Translations under genes and position numbers: made by a program
Assembly: GCA_023705905.1 (NCBI GenBank)
Contig: BPTK01000014.1
Span: 10,740-34,739, forward strand
DNA from: Candidatus Heimdallarchaeota archaeon
GTDB lineage: Archaea > Asgardarchaeota > Heimdallarchaeia > Heimdallarchaeales > Heimdallarchaeaceae
Length of the DNA: 24,000 nucleotides
Reading direction: 5' to 3'
The notes under the pieces: generated by a model
What the model saw: only the letters and a program-made list of their open reading frames with translations
Database searches by the model: none
Told to the model about the DNA's origin: nothing
Shown: positions 16,080-22,858 of the stretch, piece by piece
Position numbering within the stretch: position 1 is the first letter of the stretch
Layout: each line of letters starts with the position of its first letter

Positions 16080-16942
16080 TCTTCTACCTCCTTTATTTCT
16101 TCTTCCAAATCTTCCATTAATTCTGACAATTCTTTGCCTTCGGTTAATTTTTCTATTTTTTCAAAAGATTGCTTTTTTTCCTTTTTAGAGAAGATTTTAT
16201 CTCCACAAACATGGCAGTTTGGATCATTTGGCATGGTTTGCTTTAGATAATGGTCTGTTAAAGCGTTAAACCCTATGTAATCTGGTATCGTTCCAAATTT
16301 CAGTAGATACTTTAAACTTATTTCAGTAACAAATGAAGCCACAATTGCTATTGTTGAAGGTAGAGAAGCTGTACAATCTTTGCCCTCTTTCTTCTCTCCC
16401 AAATCTATTGAACCTGTGCAAGCATAGCAAGCATTTTCTCGTGGTTTAACTAAGTGTACATACCCTCCTAAACCAGAACGTGTTGCTCCTGAATCTACGT
16501 ATGGACGATTAAGTTCGACACATTTACTGTTGACATACAATCTTGCTGGTAAATTATCCAAACATGAGATTGTGAGACTATTATCATTTATCAGTTCATC
16601 AAACTTCTCTTCGAAATCAGATGAACACACATCTACAAAATAACCATTTATTTCCACATCAGAATTTATTTTCTTTAAAACATCCTCTGCTGCTTTAACC
16701 TTTGTTTGACCAATCTGATCTACTGTGTAAAAGAGTCTATTTAGATTAACTTCTTCTACATAATCTAAATCGATAATATTCAACTCTCCCACCCCACATC
16801 GTGCTAGCATTTCAGCAGCTACACTCCCCACGCCCCCCACACCTATTATCAATACGTTCATTTTGGCAAGATCGAGCCAATCTACCTCTAGTCCAAACTC
16901 ACTCAATGATTTCAATCTTGTATAGCGATTTTCATCTTCCAT
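16076..16942 (-). CDS. UBA5-like E1 (ThiF/MoeB-fold adenylating enzyme of the UFM1 branch)
   Basis: [41 protein letters not shown] compares with recalled human UBA5 [41 protein letters not shown]. The catalytic-Cys block [30 protein letters not shown] compares with [30 protein letters not shown]. Zn-site pairs CYAC and NPNCHVC compare with CFAC and NPQCDDRNC. It has a single-domain, minimal E1 architecture with an acidic C-terminal tail. Confidence 0.9.
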   Translation of the reverse strand: [288 protein letters not shown]

Positions 16943-17134
16943 TAAGAAAACCTATTATCTTTATTCTAACCTAACAACTACTATTATATTGTAATCTATT
17001 TATATTTTTTTCATGAGTTTAAGATTCATAATCACAATTTTCAGATATTTACTTGTTAGATCTAAAATAGACTCAAACACTCTACCCTGAATCTTTAATA
17101 TTAACAAATATCTTGCAACCTCCTGTTCAATTCA

Positions 17135-17161
17135 TTCAAGGCATTGAAGGTGATTTGCACT
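17135..17161 (-). promoter_or_regulatory. degenerate third copy of the intergenic motif (TTCAAGGCATTGAAGGTGATTTGCACT)
   Basis: About 21 of 27 aligned positions match copy A with two 1-nt gaps, in the same orientation. It lies about 195-220 nt upstream of the E1 start (16942). Confidence 0.25.
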
Positions 17162-17198
17162 ATTTCACCTACAACAATTTGAAAGTTTAAGGAGTTTT

Positions 17199-18953
17199 TT
17201 AATCCTCCTTCTTCCTAAAACCTCTATTTAACAAAGAAAGAACAAAAACACCTGTGATTCCAAGTAAATACAAAGCATTTGTTTGCTTTAATTCTATATC
17301 TACTGTAAAATGAACAATTTTTGTTCCCAAATTACCTTTAATGTCTCTTGCTGTAATAGTAAACTCATATTTTCCACCAGTCAAATTGTAATAACTGTAT
17401 TTTATATAGTACGCATTACTCAATAGAGTTGAGCTGTCGTTAAGGATAAGATTAACTTCGTCAAGTTTAGAATTATCATAAATAGACCATGTTACAACAA
17501 TATCTTGAGAATCTAAGATTTCATTCTCTTCAGGAGATGTTATTGATATTAATGGTTCCAAATAATCTTCTAGGATTACTTCATCATCTATCAATATTAG
17601 TGGTTTTAAATCAGTATAGGTTACAGAATAGATAGGTATTCTTTCTATTCCATAGACATATTTTTGGAAATCTTCTGTGAAATCCAAACCAGAAAATTCA
17701 TTTAATTCTTGTAGTAGTTCTGGTGTAGACATGAGATTTTCTGGAATATCAGAACCTGCATATGTTAAATTGTATTTGCTTATCCACAATTGCATAAACT
17801 GATTTAAAGTCAAGGAAGCATTATTATAAAGAATTTTATGAAGATACAGAGCAAATATTTCCCCCTTTACATAATAAGTTCTTGCATTTGGAGTCATGAA
17901 ATAGACCGGCATGTCTACAAGAGGCAAATCTAATCCTTCAGCTATAAACTCATCATAATATGGAAGTTCGGCACTATTAATGAAATCAACAGCTGTAAGA
18001 GGTTCTAAACCAAGATTACCATAAAGCGAATCAAATCCTTCCAAGATCCATTTATCTGAATCTTCTGTAACTGGGTCAAAATACTCTCCTCCATAATTAC
18101 GTTCAACATTTATCACTGCACCTATCCATGCATGACAAACTTCATGGCTCTGTTTGGAACCTGATTGGCTCATCAACCACTCTATTTCCGAAGGTGGATA
18201 AAAAAGCCCTAAAGTATCTTCAGCTACTATTGCACCATCATTTTGTATTACTATTCTATATTCATCTATAGGAAAGTACAAGAATTTATACCATAGTCTG
18301 TTGAAGATGTTAAACCACTTATCAGCTACATTTTGCTTGTTGTATGACGTTGAAACCTCATTACCAAAAGCAATCACAACCTTAACTCCATGTAAGTGAT
18401 ATTCATAAACATCATGTGTTTCACTAGAATAGTTCAAATAATCTGCAGGATACCAGATGTATTTCCAATTACGGTACTCTTCCCAAGAAGAAGTAGGAGC
18501 GCTTATATCATTTGAATCAATAGGTGTCATTACTTTGATATTTTCTGATGTTGTTAATACAATCCCTTGATTATCTAGAACGTTTAAGTAATAGGTATAA
18601 TCTGTTCCATAAACATGGTTTGTAAAAGTAAATTCTGATGTTTCATTATCAAAAACACCGATCAGATCAATTCTATCAATGAATTTGCGATAAACCTTAA
18701 CTCCAGTGTAATCACCAATTATATCCCAACTTACTAGGACAGATGAATAGTTGAGAACATTCAATGAAAAATCATCAATAGATGGAACTGTAACAGATTT
18801 AAGTTGATTTATTAGTGACGAATTATTGCCCATCCCAATATTTATCGGAACAAAAGCTTGACAAACAAACCAAATTGAAAATAAAAAGAAAAGATATTTT
18901 CTTGATTTTTTAATATTAGAAAGCAGAAACAATTTCTTAGCAGCTGAACTCAT
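17199..18953 (-). CDS. surface-anchored gluzincin (M1-like, HExxH...EGF) metallopeptidase with FN3/Ig-like domains
   Basis: HEVCHAWIG followed 30 residues later by WILEGFDSLYG, comparable to the M1 pattern HExxHxW.G...W(L)NEGFA but with a longer spacer. N-terminal signal or anchor YLFFLFSIWFVCQAF. C-terminal TM segment ALYLLGITGVFVLSLL followed by NRGFRKKED. Beta-rich FN3-like N-terminal and Ig-like C-terminal segments. Confidence 0.7.
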   Translation of the reverse strand: MSSAAKKLFLLSNIKKSRKYLFFLFSIWFVCQAFVPINIGMGNNSSLINQLKSVTVPSIDDFSLNVLNYSSVLVSWDIIGDYTGVKVYRKFIDRIDLIGVFDNETSEFTFTNHVYGTDYTYYLNVLDNQGIVLTTSENIKVMTPIDSNDISAPTSSWEEYRNWKYIWYPADYLNYSSETHDVYEYHLHGVKVVIAFGNEVSTSYNKQNVADKWFNIFNRLWYKFLYFPIDEYRIVIQNDGAIVAEDTLGLFYPPSEIEWLMSQSGSKQSHEVCHAWIGAVINVERNYGGEYFDPVTEDSDKWILEGFDSLYGNLGLEPLTAVDFINSAELPYYDEFIAEGLDLPLVDMPVYFMTPNARTYYVKGEIFALYLHKILYNNASLTLNQFMQLWISKYNLTYAGSDIPENLMSTPELLQELNEFSGLDFTEDFQKYVYGIERIPIYSVTYTDLKPLILIDDEVILEDYLEPLISITSPEENEILDSQDIVVTWSIYDNSKLDEVNLILNDSSTLLSNAYYIKYSYYNLTGGKYEFTITARDIKGNLGTKIVHFTVDIELKQTNALYLLGITGVFVLSLLNRGFRKKED

Positions 18954-19144
18954 TATTTATCACACGTATCATTATAGCTTCAGGAATAGCTCTTTATATT
19001 AAAATTCATATTTAAGAATTTTGGAAAAAAGTCATTATTGAATTCTAGCTTGAACTCTTTTCTTATTTTTATTGAACGAATCTCAATGTGAATCAGTGCA
19101 TTTTTACAAAAAGTATAAAATGTTTAAAAATTTAACATTGTTTT

Positions 19145-20242
19145 GTGAAGGTCGTTACTGGTAAAATTAAACTCGAACTTAGAAACGGTATATGTATAGA
19201 TTCCCCTCAGGTTTCAGAACTAGATAGAGACTTCCAAACTTATTATGGTTACATTTACAGTTCCTCTTTTGGTCGAAATTCTTCTGTTTTTGCTGAAATT
19301 ACTGAAATTAATTATGAAACAGACAATAACGAGTCGATTATCAAACTTGACAAGAGAATTGCTGGAGAGATAGCTGATAATGACATAGCAAGTATGATCA
19401 TCTCTCCTGCTCCTCCCCAAGCAGACACAGTTTTTCTCGCCATCCCCAGCTCTGTTGGTCTCCCCCAAGGAGATTGGACGAATATTGTTAAAGAGAGCAA
19501 TTTGGGTAAAATAGTCGATTATGGCAATAATCTTAGTTTCGTTGTTCCTTCAGAGATTAGAGAGCCTTATGTAGTTCAAAGTCAGATTCTCACCTCTCTT
19601 CCCTATCCTCCTGTTATCATCCACGAAGGCACTAAGTTTCAGATACTAAAGAAAGACCAAGCCAACCTTGCTGTTAGTTTGCAGAAAGGATATATTTCTA
19701 GGAGTAAACGAGCTAAAGATTTAGAGGTTAGAGTAGCAGCAGGTTACCATGAACAATTATTGGCTTTGAAAAATGGTCAGCTAGAAAATCTGGGAAGATC
19801 TCTGGAGTTCACTACTAAACCAAAGACAGCTTTTGAAGCTATAAAAACAGCTTTTACAACTTACTATACTATTGAAGAAAACGTCACCATTGATACTGAA
19901 ACCAATTTTGTTGGAAACATCATGTTCGCAACTAGTAAAGATCTGCAAAACATTCAACTTGTTGAAATGATTGTCAGTGGTAAGGATAATGCTGGCCTTT
20001 TAGCCATTTGGATTTATGGTGAAAATAGACCAGTTATTGAAGAAAAATTGCAAAAAGAAATTCTACCAAAAATAGGTATAGTAATTGAGGGGATGAAGGA
20101 AGGACCTGAACTAATTCAAATGTATTGTGCTGGAAATTGCGGAGAAATGTTGAAACTAGAAGATATGGCAGATAATGGTATAATTCAATGTCCAGCATGT
20201 GATACACCGAACATGATACCATCGAGATTAAGAATTCACTAA
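19145..20242 (+). CDS. stand-alone Cdc48/VAT N-domain-like protein with C-terminal zinc ribbon
   Basis: The first 170 aa or so follow the VAT-N pattern. IIKLDKRIAGEIADNDIASMIISPAPPQADTVFLAIP compares with VRIDSVMRNNCGASIGDKVKVRKV..AKKVTLAPI. QSQILTSLPYPPVIIHEGTKFQI compares with FKVVKTLPSKVPVEIGEETKIEI. No AAA+ Walker motifs follow. The C-terminus has CAGNCGEMLKLEDMADNGIIQCPACD (4 Cys). It has a GTG start with no obvious SD, so the start is uncertain. Confidence 0.55.
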   Translation: MKVVTGKIKLELRNGICIDSPQVSELDRDFQTYYGYIYSSSFGRNSSVFAEITEINYETDNNESIIKLDKRIAGEIADNDIASMIISPAPPQADTVFLAIPSSVGLPQGDWTNIVKESNLGKIVDYGNNLSFVVPSEIREPYVVQSQILTSLPYPPVIIHEGTKFQILKKDQANLAVSLQKGYISRSKRAKDLEVRVAAGYHEQLLALKNGQLENLGRSLEFTTKPKTAFEAIKTAFTTYYTIEENVTIDTETNFVGNIMFATSKDLQNIQLVEMIVSGKDNAGLLAIWIYGENRPVIEEKLQKEILPKIGIVIEGMKEGPELIQMYCAGNCGEMLKLEDMADNGIIQCPACDTPNMIPSRLRIH

Positions 20243-20518
20243 TAATGGAGTATTAGAATGTCAGATTCATATACAGGTATTATATCCGGATTTGAAAAAA
20301 TAAAGTATTAGCTTCTCAAACTTAAATTAAACCATATAAGCATCTATAATACTAGAAACTTCTTAAGTATAACATGCATTCTACTTAATCTTTTTAATCT
20401 ATCCCACCTATGGAGAGTAATATTAACATTCGTTAGTTGAATACACACAATATTCAAAAAGCACAAATGCTAAAGAACTTCAAGAAAGATTATTGAGAAG
20501 ATATTAGATGGTGAATAT

Positions 20519-20998
20519 ATGAAAATAATAAGCCTTTTGGGAGTTAAAGAGGATTTTGAAGATCAAATGTTTGATAAGCTTGAAAAGTACACTGTTCTTC
20601 AGTACATAGCTTTAGATCAAGAAGGAAAACACGAAGTAATGGTAGGTCACACTGAAAGAGAAACTTACGGTTTAAACAGAAAACGTGTGGTGGTTTTTAT
20701 TGATAACTACCCTTTTGCTGAATTTGTTGCAGCTGATGATTTTGACAAAACTGGAGACCTTCTATCAGAAATCAGATTAATTCAAGAAGATGACCATATG
20801 GATATGTGTGAGTATCCAGAGGAAGGAATACCAGCAATCTATGCAAACTTCACAGTAGAAGGATTACCGAATAGGATTAAAGCTAAAGGAGTTCACAATG
20901 CTTGGGCTGTTGTAGCGAACATTAGCGATAACAAAACAATGATAGCTTTAGCTTTCCTAAGAAAAAAGGAAAAAGAGATCTATTCAAAGAAGAAATAA
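20519..20998 (+). CDS. hypothetical cytoplasmic protein
   Basis: 159-aa ORF with an ATG preceded by SD-like ATGGTGA at 4-nt spacing. I recognise no motifs. Confidence 0.45.
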   Translation: MKIISLLGVKEDFEDQMFDKLEKYTVLQYIALDQEGKHEVMVGHTERETYGLNRKRVVVFIDNYPFAEFVAADDFDKTGDLLSEIRLIQEDDHMDMCEYPEEGIPAIYANFTVEGLPNRIKAKGVHNAWAVVANISDNKTMIALAFLRKKEKEIYSKKK

Positions 20999-21039
20999 AT
21001 TCTTCTGTATCAATGTAACGAGATGAGTTATTTTTCCCA

Positions 21040-21260
21040 CTTTCCCCACTTATAGGTAGTGGCAAATAATTTTGAGGACTCTTCCCAACCCAAGAACGTA
21101 CAAGGTAGCATAGCAGTAAGTAGTAGCGTAGGGACTTTCAAGTTCTGGGATTACACCTCCAACACACAGTGTTAGTGGAGGTGAGAGGGTTCATCTCCTC
21201 ACCGGGACTCATTACTGGAGACAGTGTTATTGAGCACCTTAGGTACTCACTCCAGCTCCG
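21040..21260 (-). ncRNA. candidate TnpB-associated omega/reRNA scaffold
   Basis: This GC-rich stretch overlaps and follows the tnpB 3' end, which is where omega RNAs are encoded. Visible hairpins: cctcca-N14-tggagg (21156-21181), ggtgag-N12-ctcacc (21180-21203), ccact-N7-agtgg (21047-21063), and a longer-range pairing of cccaagaac (about 21089) with gttctggg (about 21141). The ends are not determined. Confidence 0.4.
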
Positions 21261-22717
21261 GGGGTAAGCAGATGACTCTGCTTTGTCTGTAGCCATTGGC
21301 TTAGGACAGGGAAGACACGAAAAGAACTGAGAGGGAAAAACTTCCCACTAACTAGATCTTTTATTGAGTTATACTTTGGTTGCAAAACATACTTGATTAG
21401 TCTTTTTGCTATGTTTTTCGCTCCATTCAAATCAGCATTAACTTGATATCCACAGTTGTTACAGATAAAGGTAGGTTGGTTGGGACGGGTAGTGTGATAG
21501 GAGCCACAGCGAGAACATGTAGAAGAGGTCCACGATTCACCAATAGCCAGGATTCTGTACTCTTCCCAACCATGAAGTGAGAGCTTGAATTTAAGTAATT
21601 CTGCAACTCTTCTATAATTCCATTTATGGACGCTTTTACGTGTTCGTGGTTGTTGGTTTCCTCGATAATGACTCTTACGGATGAGGATGGGAAAACCTAC
21701 CACCACATAAAGGTCATACCTTTTTCCAACCGAGAGAATGTATTTAACGAGTTTATTGACATAGGTGTGGTCAGTTAGATTATGTTTCGCTCTTTGCCTC
21801 TTTCTAAGCAATTTCAGTTTATAGAGAACTTGTTTTCTCTTTCCAAAACTCAAACTAGGTTTAGCTAAAATCTTCTGTAGTTTGGCGATTTCTCTTTCTT
21901 TTTCCTTTAGTAGTCTTTTTCGTGTCTTATCAGACCAAAATCTGATCTCGTGACGATTAATTACTCCTTTCGGAGTTAAGAGTGCACTTACTGCACGTTT
22001 ATTGATTCCTAGATCTATCCCCAGCACAGCTGGAGGATGAGAAGAAGAGTATTTATCTGGAGCATGAAGCAGTATGAAATGTACCCACCATTCCTTTTTC
22101 TTGGGATAGTAGAGCACTTCAAGAGCCTGTATTTTTCCTTGTTGGAGTTTATATTCGTGATAGGGAGAACATGCCAGAGGTAACCACAATTTTTCGTGAT
22201 TGCGAGTGTTGTTTTTCCGCGTATCTAGAGAGTCTCTTATCCCTACCCACCATCGAGCAATGGAGTTGGAAGGGGAACAAGTAAGAATGAACCTATTCTT
22301 ATTTACTGATTGTGTTCGAGGTATTTTCTTTGGTGAAGTTTTTTTAGCAGGGGAAGAGTTGAGAGCTTGTTGACTGTGATAAATAGCTGTTGCGTTGTCT
22401 CTACATTCTTGTAGTTCATCATGAGAGGAGCGAGGAAAGCGTTTCTTCAAATCATGTCTAACCTTTGGGCGAGATGTGTATGCAGTATTTTTTGTCGTTG
22501 TCAAGGTTAGTTGATCTAGTTTAGTTTTATTCACTTTTTTCTTCCTATTTTTTACACTCATAAGGTGATTTTCATTATGGTAAATTACCTTAAGAAAATG
22601 GTGAATAGTTCTTGAATCTCTTCCAGTAATCTGTTCTAATTTTCTCTTTTTCCGAGCAGTGAGCACTTCTGTTTTAATTTTCACCTTTACAGTTGTTCTC
22701 ACTCTATTTCTCGTCAT
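21239..22717 (-). CDS. tnpB: TnpB (OrfB/IS1341-type RuvC + zinc-ribbon RNA-guided nuclease family)
   Basis: RuvC-I VLGIDLGINKRAVS. Zinc ribbon TSSTCSRCGSYHTTRPNQPTFICNNCGYQV. RuvC-III NADLNGAKNIAKR. The basic N-terminal WED/REC-like region is typical of TnpB. Confidence 0.9.
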   Translation of the reverse strand: MTRNRVRTTVKVKIKTEVLTARKKRKLEQITGRDSRTIHHFLKVIYHNENHLMSVKNRKKKVNKTKLDQLTLTTTKNTAYTSRPKVRHDLKKRFPRSSHDELQECRDNATAIYHSQQALNSSPAKKTSPKKIPRTQSVNKNRFILTCSPSNSIARWWVGIRDSLDTRKNNTRNHEKLWLPLACSPYHEYKLQQGKIQALEVLYYPKKKEWWVHFILLHAPDKYSSSHPPAVLGIDLGINKRAVSALLTPKGVINRHEIRFWSDKTRKRLLKEKEREIAKLQKILAKPSLSFGKRKQVLYKLKLLRKRQRAKHNLTDHTYVNKLVKYILSVGKRYDLYVVVGFPILIRKSHYRGNQQPRTRKSVHKWNYRRVAELLKFKLSLHGWEEYRILAIGESWTSSTCSRCGSYHTTRPNQPTFICNNCGYQVNADLNGAKNIAKRLIKYVLQPKYNSIKDLVSGKFFPLSSFRVFPVLSQWLQTKQSHLLTPGAGVST

Positions 22718-22746
22718 TCAGGGATCAGTATTTTTAGTAGATTTTC

Positions 22747-22756
22747 CTATAAAAAG
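22747..22756 (-). promoter_or_regulatory. candidate TATA box for tnpB
   Basis: The minus strand reads TTTTTATAGG about 30-39 nt upstream of the tnpB ATG, inside the element's upstream end. The AT-rich background makes this weak evidence. Confidence 0.3.
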
Positions 22757-22858
22757 CTAACATTAATCTGGGAGAAGTAGGGGAGAAACAATCATGGCTA
22801 CTCCAAAGGAAGAAGAAGAAATAAAAATAATTAGAGAGAAGTGGTTTTCTTTTTCTAC

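Larger units (their letters stand above)
21032..22788 (-). mobile_element. TnpB-only IS200/IS605-superfamily (IS1341-like) element, boundaries approximate
   Basis: It contains the TnpB ORF and a structured 3' region. It is visibly GC-richer than the flanking DNA and sits between two convergently ending host genes (stops at 20998 and 22859). The ends carry imperfect inverted pyrimidine-rich 22-25-mers (21032-21053 against the reverse complement of 22764-22788, about 19 of 25 aligned positions). Confidence 0.55.

Noticed and set aside
14771-16250. Plus-strand ORFs 14771-15070, 15322-15591 and 16029-16250
   Set aside because: They are antisense to the Ubl, JAB and E1 genes, whose homology-supported frames account for the sequence.
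20130-20210. A RING or other E3 zinc finger for the cassette (4-Cys clusters at the end of 19145-20242 and in 3347-3574)
   Set aside because: Each has only four Cys in a ribbon arrangement. The cross-brace C3HC4/C3H2C3 pattern with eight ligands is absent.
19220-20222. Minus-strand ORFs 19220-19468, 19312-19500 and 20034-20222
   Set aside because: They are antisense to the Cdc48-N-like CDS. They are short, overlapping and featureless.
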